A stretch of 64,000 nucleotides of DNA from NCBI GenBank assembly GCA_049513715.1, contig JBEKVV010000006.1, forward strand, positions 46,582 through 110,581, written 5' to 3'. The notes below the pieces were generated by a model. The model was not told the DNA's origin and did not search any database. It saw only the letters and a program-made list of their open reading frames with translations. This DNA is from Candidatus Bathyarchaeia archaeon. GTDB lineage: Archaea; Thermoproteota; Bathyarchaeia; 40CM-2-53-6. The position numbers and the translations under genes are program-made. Below are positions 27,625 to 36,925 of the stretch, in pieces. The stretch's first letter is position 1. Each line of letters starts with the position of its first letter.

Positions 27625-28608
27625 ATGTCGAAACAGCAAAGGAACAGGAAGTTTCACAAACTCTTCTTTTCAACTGATGTGCATGCTTCTGAGGTCGCTT
27701 TCAGGAAGTTCATTAGCGCAGCCAAGTTTTACGAGGTCGACACTCTGGTTATGGGTGGAGATATTACTGGGAAAACCGTGGTTCCTCTTGTTCAAGCTCC
27801 GAATGGAAGGTACCATTTCAACTTCCAAGGGCAAGAATTCAACGACGTTCCTGCTGAGGCTTTGGCGGATCACGAGTCCGGAATGATGAACGCCGGCCTG
27901 TACCCCTCTAGGGTCTCAGAAAGCGAGTACGATTCGTTGAAATCTAACCCGGATAAAGTCACGGTGCTTTTTGAGAAACTAATGAAAGACCGCCTGACGC
28001 ATTGGGCGGACATGGCTGAGGAGAACTTGGCTCCGCTTGGGGTGAAGTGTTATTGGACAGGTGGTAATGATGACCGGCAGGACGTACTTGAAGGTGCAAA
28101 GAGCACCGAACACTACGTGAACGTAGACGGCAAAGTTGTAACATTAGAAAGTGGGCATGAAATGATCAACGTTGGTTGGAGCAATCGAACCCCATGGAAG
28201 ACCCCCAGGGAATGTACGGAGGAAGAAATAGCTGCCAAACTCGAACCCCTCGTGAGTAAGGTCAAGGAGTCTTCGAGTTGCATCTACAACGTGCACGTAC
28301 CGCCTTTCGATTCGTCCTTAGACATCGCGGCAAAGCTCGACGAAAGTTATGACCCTCCGAAACCGATCATTCAAGGTGGTCAACAGGTTCTGATTCCTGT
28401 TGGTAGCACCGCCGTTCGCACATCGATTGAAAAAGTGCAACCTCTATTGATGCTCTGCGGACATATTCACGAAGCGAAGAATGCGGTCAAAATAAAGCGA
28501 ACCACTTGCATAAACCCAGGGTCCGAATACGCATCAGGGCTTCTACGCGGAGTCATAGTCAACCTGCTGAAGGACAAGGTTTTGAGTTATCAGTTCACAT
28601 CAGGATAG
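27625..28608 (+). CDS. Icc-related metallophosphoesterase
   Basis: TDVH, GGDITGK, GGNDD, HVPP, GHIHE, NPGSEY. Confidence 0.88.
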   Translation: MSKQQRNRKFHKLFFSTDVHASEVAFRKFISAAKFYEVDTLVMGGDITGKTVVPLVQAPNGRYHFNFQGQEFNDVPAEALADHESGMMNAGLYPSRVSESEYDSLKSNPDKVTVLFEKLMKDRLTHWADMAEENLAPLGVKCYWTGGNDDRQDVLEGAKSTEHYVNVDGKVVTLESGHEMINVGWSNRTPWKTPRECTEEEIAAKLEPLVSKVKESSSCIYNVHVPPFDSSLDIAAKLDESYDPPKPIIQGGQQVLIPVGSTAVRTSIEKVQPLLMLCGHIHEAKNAVKIKRTTCINPGSEYASGLLRGVIVNLLKDKVLSYQFTSG

Positions 28609-28637
28609 AATAGAAAAAAAAGAGAAAAAGGAAGGGG
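28609..28637 (-). terminator. Oligo-T-rich archaeal-type terminator for the APC permease
   Basis: Minus strand reads CCCCTTCCTTTTTCTCTTTTTTTTCTATT between convergent genes. Confidence 0.5.
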
Positions 28638-28647
28638 ATCGAGGGAT

Positions 28648-30273
28648 CTAGACTGGTGGAATTTCTTTGAAAGCTAAGTCTAGGTTGATGCCGATCCTCT
28701 TCAGCCACCAACGTCTAATGAAGAAGTAGGCAACCCAGAACAGGAAGATTGCTACCATTATTATGGCTGATGTCAGGTTTTGGAAGTTAATCACGCCGAG
28801 TCCTGGAACTGTAATGTACCAGTAGAGCATCCAAGCGCTGAACACTGTGGCGATGATTCCGCAGATCGTTATCACCGGAATTCCCGCAATCTTGTACTTC
28901 GCCATCGGAGATGTATTGTAGACTTCCTTTCTTGTCCACGGGAAGATTGCACCGCCCATTGCTGTTCCAATATACATCACGGTAGCGACCGCCGTCACTG
29001 CGAGCGTTAATAGGATGTAGCCTGGGACGAAGTTGTAGATCCAGCTGTACACTACTCCGCCTGCTACCGCGAAGAATATGTGGGCGTTCACTGGGGTATG
29101 AGTTCGTTCGTTAACTGCGCTGACGACTTTGGGAAAGACTCCGTCGATAGACATGGCTACGGATACTCTTGTCCAACCAATTATGACGTTCCAGACAACC
29201 TGCACTGCATTTAGCAAGATTCCTATGATCATAAAGAAGATCAGGAACGGGTTATCGGTCAGCACGGCAGCGAGGTTGCTGAACCATGGTGGAATTGGCA
29301 TGCTCACGGTTCCCGTAATGAAGTTCCCGTATGCTGCGCTGGCCAACCAATCTTGCCCAACCGTGTGGATGAAGGAATACGCCAGTATCATCATTAGAAC
29401 TGTGCTGAAGAGTCCACCGCCCAGGTTGATGAAGAGTTGGTTCTTGAAGCTTGAAGCTCCCTGAATTTCACCAGCTTGTTCTTGCGTATACCCAACCCAA
29501 CCCAGACTTGTCAATGCAACTGGGATGACGAATAGTGTTGAGATGAGGGAGATGCCTGCGACTGGTGCGAAGCCGTTTGCGATTGCTTGCGTAGTAACGC
29601 TATGGTAGAAGTCGACCGTGCCAGGCGCTATAACGCTCATTTCTTGGTTGAATCGCTGAATGAACACCGCCTTGGGCGTCATGAGGAAGAGGGCTACCAT
29701 TATGACGAAGCTAAGTAGGAAACCGTACCACATGACCCATTGTATTTGAACGAACAATTTGAAGCCCTTAATCAGAACAACAGCGCCGACCAAAGATGTG
29801 ACTATGCTAGTGATCCAAATGCCATAAGGTGTCGTGAACCAGAGTCCTAGATCCAGCATTTGCGTGTTGCCTGTCGAGAGCCCTAAGCCTGTGAACATTG
29901 GTGCCAATCCCAAGACCGAGGTTAACCATCCTCCCAGTGCCTCCCAGTGGAGGAAGAAGGTGGGAATCATTGTTGCGACTATTGCGAAGCCGATCCAAGG
30001 TTTGAGCGTGCGGCTTTGGAAGACGTAGTCGCCGCCAGTTCTGGGCATTGCAGCTGCGAGGCCTGAGTAGACAACGGCCAAGAATGCTGTGAGGATTCCG
30101 CAGATCATTATCCCCGTCGGGACATCTGCGTCGGGCCAGACGCCTAGCGATAGGAGGTAGACCCATGGAAAGATTACGCCGATGTTCAGGACATTGTATG
30201 CGAATGCTGAGTATGGTGACATCACTCTGACGAGGCCGGATGACTTTCTTGCGAATACTTGGGTACTTTTCAT
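28648..30273 (-). CDS. APC-family amino acid/polyamine permease
   Basis: FARKSSGLVR, MPRTGGDY, about 12 TM segments, C-terminal FKEIPPV; same subfamily as 1043..2614. Confidence 0.9.
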   Translation of the reverse strand: MKSTQVFARKSSGLVRVMSPYSAFAYNVLNIGVIFPWVYLLSLGVWPDADVPTGIMICGILTAFLAVVYSGLAAAMPRTGGDYVFQSRTLKPWIGFAIVATMIPTFFLHWEALGGWLTSVLGLAPMFTGLGLSTGNTQMLDLGLWFTTPYGIWITSIVTSLVGAVVLIKGFKLFVQIQWVMWYGFLLSFVIMVALFLMTPKAVFIQRFNQEMSVIAPGTVDFYHSVTTQAIANGFAPVAGISLISTLFVIPVALTSLGWVGYTQEQAGEIQGASSFKNQLFINLGGGLFSTVLMMILAYSFIHTVGQDWLASAAYGNFITGTVSMPIPPWFSNLAAVLTDNPFLIFFMIIGILLNAVQVVWNVIIGWTRVSVAMSIDGVFPKVVSAVNERTHTPVNAHIFFAVAGGVVYSWIYNFVPGYILLTLAVTAVATVMYIGTAMGGAIFPWTRKEVYNTSPMAKYKIAGIPVITICGIIATVFSAWMLYWYITVPGLGVINFQNLTSAIIMVAIFLFWVAYFFIRRWWLKRIGINLDLAFKEIPPV

Positions 30274-30406
30274 GAACGGGCGATTGCGGTCGATTCCGTA
30301 TATTACACTTTCCCAGCGCGAAGGTGAGAATTCGAGGTTAGCCGCGTCAAAAACAGAGATATGAGAACTTAGGGACAAGCATTGAGGGAGTATGTACTGT
30401 AACTGT

Positions 30407-31189
30407 TCAACGATTCACTTCTTCTACGTCCTTGTACCACTTACCCTTTGGCCCGACTTTAGCTCTCAGCCGCCATGAAAGCGCTTTTGGCTCTTTCTCT
30501 ATTGCAGCAAGTAATTCCTCGATCTTACCGGATATATCGGCGCGATCGTCCACGCTCAATTCCACGAGTTGGGCCAGTCCACTTTCGATTTTCTGAAGGT
30601 TCGTGGTCATGGTGTAGTAGAAGCCCCAATCGCCTGATAGGAGCTTGGATATGTAACTAGCATCGATAGTCCTCTGAGCGTGACCTTTCACAATCGCGTG
30701 TTCACGCAAAATCATGATTGTATCTATGATGTCCTTCTGATTGATGTGGACAATCTGCATTTTCTCTAGCAACATGTCGGCAAGCGGGATAGTTAGGTCG
30801 TCAATATCCAGGCGTCTCTCGAAGGGAATGTCGTGGTTCATCTCCAACTTGTCGAAGAAGATGTCGGCATGGTGTCCATTTGATTTGTTATCCCAAATCA
30901 TACGCCTGTGTCCGAACAGGGCTGTGACGGTTGGTTCGTCGGCATACCCGAATTCTTTCATCATTTCAGCCACTTTGTTTCCCTCCCTGCTGTACCCCGC
31001 GAAGTCGAGGTCGGTAAGGATCCTGTTGAGCTTTCGACTCAGATAGTTGTATTTTGGGCATTGAATTTGGAATGCTATGGCGCCTAGAAGGCGCAAGTGT
31101 AGGTTGCGTTCCTTTGCTCCAGCAATTATGCGTCTTGCCTCCGCAATCATCGCCTCTGTTCGCTGTACATTATTCACTGTATTTTCCAA
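30407..31189 (-). CDS. Nucleotidyltransferase-like hypothetical protein
   Basis: LRLLGAIAF...TDLDF and later ADIF resemble the Pol-beta-superfamily hG[GS]..DxD..D layout; LLEK..KDIID helical tail. Confidence 0.6.
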   Translation of the reverse strand: MENTVNNVQRTEAMIAEARRIIAGAKERNLHLRLLGAIAFQIQCPKYNYLSRKLNRILTDLDFAGYSREGNKVAEMMKEFGYADEPTVTALFGHRRMIWDNKSNGHHADIFFDKLEMNHDIPFERRLDIDDLTIPLADMLLEKMQIVHINQKDIIDTIMILREHAIVKGHAQRTIDASYISKLLSGDWGFYYTMTTNLQKIESGLAQLVELSVDDRADISGKIEELLAAIEKEPKALSWRLRAKVGPKGKWYKDVEEVNR

Positions 31190-31324
31190 TTTGTTGACCT
31201 GCAGTGTTTTTCGATAGACATTAGGATCGTGAATCTTGGTGGTCTTCGTGTGGTTTCCTCACGTAGCGTTCCATCAGATCGCTTTAATGTTTGTGAATTC
31301 CAGTAGCCCGCGTTTCCCGGTTTG

Positions 31325-33211
31325 TCACTTCTGCCGATGCTGAGCTCCCAATTCAGCTAACCCAAGTTCCTGAATTCCGACCGCCGTGGGCTTTCCTTGG
31401 TCGTCCCAGCCCCAGATGTGGTAGTATTCGGTGAGCATTTTCTCGAAGTCTTGAGTGGTGACAACTTTTCCTTTCGCGTTGCCATCGGGGAGGGGGTCGA
31501 GGTACATCCGAGGCGGCATTATGTCGTCCTTCTTGGAGAAGCCCTCTCTCACGTTGAAGAGCCGCGCCAATGTCCAGATACGCTTCCCCATGGTTTTCAT
31601 GGTCTCCTCGGTGTAGTTGGTTTCGCATGCTACGTTTAGGAGTCTTGCGCATAGGGCGAGGTTTGCAGCGAGGAAGTCGCACATTTCTATGCTCCATTTC
31701 ACACTCGTTCGAATTTGATCTGTTTGAACGATCTCGGCTTTGCCGTCTGGTGTGAATGGGTCAAGCTTTCCGAAAGCGTCGTAGCCAACCGGCCACGCCC
31801 TATTGTGGTCCGCGCCTCTCTCAGATGTTGCATAGGCTAGGGCCATTCCGAATGTTGCTCGAGGGTCGTAGCCAGGGTACTCCAGCCCTTTCGCGTGCAC
31901 TGCGTATCTTTCTGAGCTTTTTCCTATCTGCTTTGATGCTTGTGCGACGCCCTCAGCTAGCACGTTTCCGATGCTTTTTCTCGTAGCGATGAGTTGAGGA
32001 AGTGCCACCGCTGCTTCCACGTTTCCGAACTTAAGATCTAATCCACCGGTATCTTTCTTGGTCAAGATTCCTCTTTCGAAGAGTTCCATTGCCCATGCAC
32101 AGACATTGCCTGCTGATATTGTGTCGAGGCCCATGTTCGAGCAATCTTCGTTGAACTTCAAAATGACTCGTATGTCTCCGATGCCCATGTTAGAGCCGCA
32201 TAACGCCAACGTTTCATACTCGGGTCCCTCGCCTTCTAAGCCCGCGTATTGGCCGTCTTTGATTTTTGTAATGTTGCGGCATCCTATTGAACAGCTGTAG
32301 CAAGTTGTTGTATGCCGGACAAGTATCTGGTCGGAGAGCGCGTCAGCGTTTATTTGATCGGCTTGAGCGAAGGTGCCAGCTTGGAAATTCCTTGTGGGAA
32401 GTAGGCCTGCGCCTTGGCTCAGAGCCACTATTCCCGGCGTTCCTGTTTTCATGAGCATTTCTTCATCGGGGTTTTCACGGATGTCTTTCTTGATGACTTC
32501 CCTGACCATGGTTAGGAAGGCTGGGTCAGAGTTTATGCTAAGGGCCTTGGCTTGTTTCGTTCCGCGCGCGGAAATTGCTTTCAGGTTCTTCGAACCCATG
32601 ACGGCACCGGTCCCGCCTCTGCCGGCAAAGTGGTGCCCGTCGTATGCGATTGCTGCGAATCTCACCTTGTTTTCCCCTGCAGGTCCAATGCAGCCGACTT
32701 TGGGGCCGTCTGCGTAGTGGCGGGGGTTCTCGCCTGACTCTTTCACAATCAAATCGGTGGTTTCGAACACACCTTTGCCCCAGAGATGGCTTGCGTCTCT
32801 CAATTCCGCTTTTCCATCTTTGATTGCTAGATGTACGGGTTTGGGCGATCGTCCTTTGATAATGACTCCGTCGAATCCTGCGAATTTGAGTTCAGCGGGG
32901 AAGTACCCGCCGGAGTGACTGTCGCTCATAGTCCCACTCAGGGGTGACTTGGTCACATTTGCCATGCGTGACATTGTGGAGGCCACTGTTCCTGTGAGCG
33001 GCCCAGTCATCAGAATGATGGGGTTCTCAGGGGCGAAAGGATCAGTTCCCGGCCTGATGAGGTCATACAGATATCGGATACCAAGCCCTTTTCCTCCAAT
33101 GAATTGCTCCGCCCAGTCAAATCGGAGTGGCTCTTCTCGCGTTTCGCCTTTCGTAAGGTCAACGGATAGGATTCTTCCGCAATATGCGCGGCCCGCTTTC
33201 AACATATACAT
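31325..33211 (-). CDS. aor: Tungsten-containing aldehyde:ferredoxin oxidoreductase
   Basis: GGKGLG, KSPLSG, IGPAGE, AGRGGTGAVMGSKNLKA, CYSCSIGC, EGPEYET, GLDTIS. Confidence 0.9.
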   Translation of the reverse strand: MYMLKAGRAYCGRILSVDLTKGETREEPLRFDWAEQFIGGKGLGIRYLYDLIRPGTDPFAPENPIILMTGPLTGTVASTMSRMANVTKSPLSGTMSDSHSGGYFPAELKFAGFDGVIIKGRSPKPVHLAIKDGKAELRDASHLWGKGVFETTDLIVKESGENPRHYADGPKVGCIGPAGENKVRFAAIAYDGHHFAGRGGTGAVMGSKNLKAISARGTKQAKALSINSDPAFLTMVREVIKKDIRENPDEEMLMKTGTPGIVALSQGAGLLPTRNFQAGTFAQADQINADALSDQILVRHTTTCYSCSIGCRNITKIKDGQYAGLEGEGPEYETLALCGSNMGIGDIRVILKFNEDCSNMGLDTISAGNVCAWAMELFERGILTKKDTGGLDLKFGNVEAAVALPQLIATRKSIGNVLAEGVAQASKQIGKSSERYAVHAKGLEYPGYDPRATFGMALAYATSERGADHNRAWPVGYDAFGKLDPFTPDGKAEIVQTDQIRTSVKWSIEMCDFLAANLALCARLLNVACETNYTEETMKTMGKRIWTLARLFNVREGFSKKDDIMPPRMYLDPLPDGNAKGKVVTTQDFEKMLTEYYHIWGWDDQGKPTAVGIQELGLAELGAQHRQK

Positions 33212-33432
33212 CAGGACATAGTGGTTCGGTTTCCGGTAAAAGAATTCATCGTATTCATAGTATTGTTTGCCAAGAAAGACAGGTTGTCTCGCAGAGAAAA
33301 TGGTCGTGGAGATTAGGAGCGCGCCCGCACGCTTGAAGAGGAGGAAGGTGGGGGGGGGGGTTTACTTTCGTGGGGACAACCTGTTACCTTGCCCAGGATG
33401 CTTGACAACGTGTTGTCTTTGCGACGACGAGC

Positions 33433-33720
33433 CTAACCCCCTGATGTGGGGGGAAAAATCATCATGGTGGCGTCTTCTGTGACTTCTGCTGAGAACCCGC
33501 CCATCATGGAAACTGACCGACCGTTCAAAAGAAATTGAAGATGAGGTCTTGGGTTGCCAGATTCAGGGTCAAAGAGGTACTCCTTCAGCTTGTCGCCGTG
33601 CCTAGCGGCGAGTGCTTTCAGAATCTCTAGGACTGTGGTGGCGCCTTCAAGCTGCAATGTCTCCTCCCGAACCCCGGCTTTTTCGCGGGCAGCTGCAAGG
33701 AATTTCACTGTCACTTTCAA
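33433..33720 (-). CDS. MoaD/ThiS/SAMP ubiquitin-like sulfur carrier
   Basis: VTVKFLA, LNG, C-terminal FPPTSGG; TTG 33720 likely start. Confidence 0.85.
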   Translation of the reverse strand: MKVTVKFLAAAREKAGVREETLQLEGATTVLEILKALAARHGDKLKEYLFDPESGNPRPHLQFLLNGRSVSMMGGFSAEVTEDATMMIFPPTSGG

Positions 33721-33849
33721 ATCGGAGGTTCCCTTAGCGTAAATTTGCGAGTAATGGTTCCAGCGGTTACCCATAAACAATACCTGCCCGCAGGCGATTG
33801 CTTGTGTTGGGGTCCGGTGTCCGGATGGTCAGAGACAGTCTACGGATTC

Positions 33850-33869
33850 TATATAACGAACGTTAAATA
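33850..33869. promoter_or_regulatory. Palindromic operator copy 1, overlapping a TATA-like box
   Basis: TATATAACG-AA-CGTTAAATA; 19/20 identical to 35336-35355. Confidence 0.7.
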
Positions 33870-33933
33870 GCGTACTTGACCGTGCCTGAAACATTCGAGG
33901 ATTCAAACGCTGCTCGGAGTTGACAAACTTAAC

Positions 33934-35082
33934 TTGACAAGGCCGCCATGGACCATGCGCACGAACCTAAGTGAGGCACCGATTTTCGTCTGTTGGGAAA
34001 CAACCAAAGCCTGTTTACTCGCGTGCAGGCATTGTAGGGCTAAAGCAATCAGAAAATCCCTACCAGAAGAACTGAGCCACGAGCAGGGAATAGCCCTAAT
34101 TGACCAATTGGTAGAATTCGGGGAACCATACCCGGCACTGCTCTTGACGGGCGGGGATCCTTTGATGCGTGAGGATTTCTTCGACCTCATCGCACACGCC
34201 AAGAAACTTGGAATCTACGTTGCAGTAGCGGCTAGCGTAACACCAAAACTGAACGAAGATTCAATCAAGCGAATGAAGGAGCTTGACGTTGACATAATGT
34301 CCGTAAGCCTCGACGGATCAACACCCAAAACTCACGATAAACTCCGAGGTGTCCCAGGGACATGGGCCGAGACAGTAAGATCCCTCAAACTTGCTAGGGA
34401 TCGAGGGTTGAGAGCTCAGATCAACACCACAGTAATGCGGAGCAACATTGAGGAGTTGCCTGACATTTTCCACATAGTGAGAGAGGCTGGTTCGGTCGCT
34501 TGGGAAGTTTTCTTCCTCATACGCACAGGCCGAGGCGCGGCCCTAGAGAGTCTCGAACCCGCTGAGTGTGAAGAGGTGATGCATTTCCTCTACGAGGCCG
34601 CTCAGTATGGCATCCCAGTGAGGACTGCGGAGGGCCCACACTTCAGAAGAGTTCGGGCTCAGCGTGAGAGCAATCAGGCCACTCCAAACGGGGAACTTTA
34701 CGAGCGGCTCAAGGCGAAACTATTGGACCTGGAGGGGAAGCCCACCAACCCACCCTCCCTGAAGATGACGCCGACAAGAGATGGCAAAGGCATAGTATTC
34801 ATCGCGCATAATGGGGAAGTACATCCTAGCGGCTTTCTCCCAATCAAATCAGGCAAGGTGCCAGAGGCTCACCTGACCACGATTTACAGAACCAACCCCC
34901 TCTTCGTGTCTCTAAGAGATCCTTCGCAGCTGAAAGGACGTTGTGGAAGATGCGAATACAACACAATTTGTGGCGGCTCAAGGTCAAGAGCATTCGCCGA
35001 ATTCGGCGACCCACTCGGAGAAGACCCGGCCTGCATGTATACCCCCAATTCTGTAGACATGACCCAAGCGATGACCGCATGA
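33934..35082 (+). CDS. Radical SAM/SPASM protein, NirJ/AhbD-like (resembles TIGR04053 family)
   Basis: WETTKACLLACRHCRA, TGGDPL, SLDG, EGPHFRRV, HPSGFLP, CGRCEYNTICGGSRSRA..DPAC. Confidence 0.85.
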   Translation: MTRPPWTMRTNLSEAPIFVCWETTKACLLACRHCRAKAIRKSLPEELSHEQGIALIDQLVEFGEPYPALLLTGGDPLMREDFFDLIAHAKKLGIYVAVAASVTPKLNEDSIKRMKELDVDIMSVSLDGSTPKTHDKLRGVPGTWAETVRSLKLARDRGLRAQINTTVMRSNIEELPDIFHIVREAGSVAWEVFFLIRTGRGAALESLEPAECEEVMHFLYEAAQYGIPVRTAEGPHFRRVRAQRESNQATPNGELYERLKAKLLDLEGKPTNPPSLKMTPTRDGKGIVFIAHNGEVHPSGFLPIKSGKVPEAHLTTIYRTNPLFVSLRDPSQLKGRCGRCEYNTICGGSRSRAFAEFGDPLGEDPACMYTPNSVDMTQAMTA

Positions 35083-35118
35083 GTTGAACAGGAGCCTTTA
35101 GAGCAAGATGCCGATGAA

Positions 35119-35271
35119 TTGGGCAGGTCAACATTGCTGCCGGGAGAATTCTGTGGGTTCTGTGGGCGCGCACTAGAAGCTCCTTTGAAGACATGCAAGA
35201 ACTGTGCCAATACGATGTGCGAGCTTTGCATCGTGGAGCACGAAAGAACATGCCTCGCCAAGCAGAGCTAG
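35119..35271 (+). CDS. Small Cys/His-rich zinc-finger protein (not in ORF track)
   Basis: CGFC-x10-CKNC-x4-CELC-x3-H-x3-C; TTG at 35119 or 35134. Confidence 0.6.
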   Translation: MGRSTLLPGEFCGFCGRALEAPLKTCKNCANTMCELCIVEHERTCLAKQS

Positions 35272-35335
35272 TTCTTATGCCTGAATAGAAATCGAATGCG
35301 GTTGGGCTTCGTTCGGGTTCTTAATGCACGAGAAG

Positions 35336-35355
35336 TATATAACGAACGTTATATA
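35336..35355. promoter_or_regulatory. Palindromic operator copy 2
   Basis: Perfect TATATAACG-AA-CGTTATATA upstream of the tetR-hem operon. Confidence 0.75.
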
Positions 35356-35446
35356 GAACGCCATTCCAGAAAACGAAACGTCGAGTTGACCACTCACGAC
35401 TCCAAACGAATCCTCTGAGCAACACATACTCGAAGTCGCGAAAGCA

Positions 35447-35989
35447 TTGTTCACGGAACGCGGCTTTGCTAATGTGTCAGTTCGCGATATCTGTCGCAAA
35501 GCGCGCGTGACGGCCCCAACAGTCTACTATCATTTCAAAAACAAGGAAGGCCTGTTCGACGCGGTGGTTCGCGAAACAGTAACCATGGCCGAATTCACTT
35601 CTGAATTAGAGCAGGAGTGCGGAAAGGCATTGCACTCCACTGACAAGATTAAGGCTTTCACCGAGATGTATCTGTCTTCGTTTCCTATCAAGCTGATAAA
35701 CACCGGCCTCTACCTCAAAGGCTCAACTGCGCTTGACGCTGTGGGCGCAAGTACGCTGATGTCCGAGTTCGCGCGCATACAATCAATTCTCGTTCAGATA
35801 ATCCGCTCAGGGATTGCGTCTGGGGAACTCAGGAAGACTGACGCTAATATGGCGTCCGAATGCTTACTTGGAATGATGCATAGGTTCGTGTTTCAGCGAA
35901 TCCACTTCCAACGTGGTTACAACCCATCAGAAGCGGCCTCCTACTTGTCTGAGTTCTTCTTGAAGGCCATGAAACGGGCAGAGAGTTGA
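35447..35989 (+). CDS. TetR/AcrR family regulator
   Basis: (ILEVAKAL)FTERGFANVSVRDICRKARVTAPTVYYHFKNKEGLF; true start probably upstream. Confidence 0.88.
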   Translation: MFTERGFANVSVRDICRKARVTAPTVYYHFKNKEGLFDAVVRETVTMAEFTSELEQECGKALHSTDKIKAFTEMYLSSFPIKLINTGLYLKGSTALDAVGASTLMSEFARIQSILVQIIRSGIASGELRKTDANMASECLLGMMHRFVFQRIHFQRGYNPSEAASYLSEFFLKAMKRAES

Positions 35990-36010
35990 CATCAGTCAGG
36001 GAAGACCAGA

Positions 36011-36925
36011 ATGAAGACTCGTCTGCTTCTGGGCACGCGGGGGAGCCCTCTTGCGCTCGCACAGACAAATGAAGTGATTGAATCGTTGAAGAATGTCGCC
36101 CCTAGCATGCGGTTCGAGGTTGTGCCGATTAAGACAAAGGGAGACAAACTGCACGACACAGGAATAACCGTCGAGGGGAAGAGCATCTTCACAAAGGAGA
36201 TAGAGGAATCTCTCGCGAAAGCAGAGATCGATGTAGCTATTCACAGCATGAAAGACCTAGTTGTTGAGTTGCCGCCTGGTTTAGTTATAGCGGCCGTTCC
36301 GAAAAGGGTTAACCCAAGGGACGCATTGATTTCTCGGAACAAACGGAAGCTCAACGATCTTCCAGGCGGGGCGCGAGTTGGGACAAGCAGCCCAAGACGG
36401 AAAGCGCAGCTCCTAGCCGCACGCGGGGACTTGGAGATTCTAGATGCGCGCGGGAACATCGGTACACGGCTCGTCAAGTTGAAGGACGGCGAATATGATG
36501 CCGTTGTGTTGGCAGCTGCAGGGCTCATCAGACTAGGCTTGGAGAGGGAAGTCACTGAGTTCATCTCAACAAGCGTCATGTTGCCCGCAGTCGGTCAAGG
36601 AGCACTAGCGATTGAAGCCAAAGAAACTGACGAACAAACGATAGGGCTTCTCTCGAAAATCGACGACAAACCAAGCCACATGGCAATTGAAGCTGAGAGA
36701 GCGTTCGCACGGAAATTGGGTGCCGATTGCAAAAAGCCGATAGCTGCATATGCTAAGTTAGAATCAGGAAAATTAAGCATCGAAGGCATGGTGGCCGCCC
36801 CGACCGGGAAAATGCTCGTGCGAGGTCGGATTATTTTCGACAGTCCGGACGCAAAGGAAGCTGGCGAGGCATTGGCCGAGGATATGCTCAGCAAAGGTGC
36901 AGCATCTGTTCTGGAGGCCTCATGA
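36011..36925 (+). CDS. hemC: Hydroxymethylbilane synthase (porphobilinogen deaminase)
   Basis: GTRGSPLALAQ, HSMKD, GTSSPRR, RGNIGTR, LPAVGQGAL, ADC cofactor Cys. Confidence 0.95.
   Translation: MKTRLLLGTRGSPLALAQTNEVIESLKNVAPSMRFEVVPIKTKGDKLHDTGITVEGKSIFTKEIEESLAKAEIDVAIHSMKDLVVELPPGLVIAAVPKRVNPRDALISRNKRKLNDLPGGARVGTSSPRRKAQLLAARGDLEILDARGNIGTRLVKLKDGEYDAVVLAAAGLIRLGLEREVTEFISTSVMLPAVGQGALAIEAKETDEQTIGLLSKIDDKPSHMAIEAERAFARKLGADCKKPIAAYAKLESGKLSIEGMVAAPTGKMLVRGRIIFDSPDAKEAGEALAEDMLSKGAASVLEAS

Noticed and set aside
35080..35082. Selenocysteine readthrough of the radical SAM TGA
   Set aside because: The radical SAM domain is complete before the stop, the position is not a Cys-equivalent, and no SECIS was recognised.
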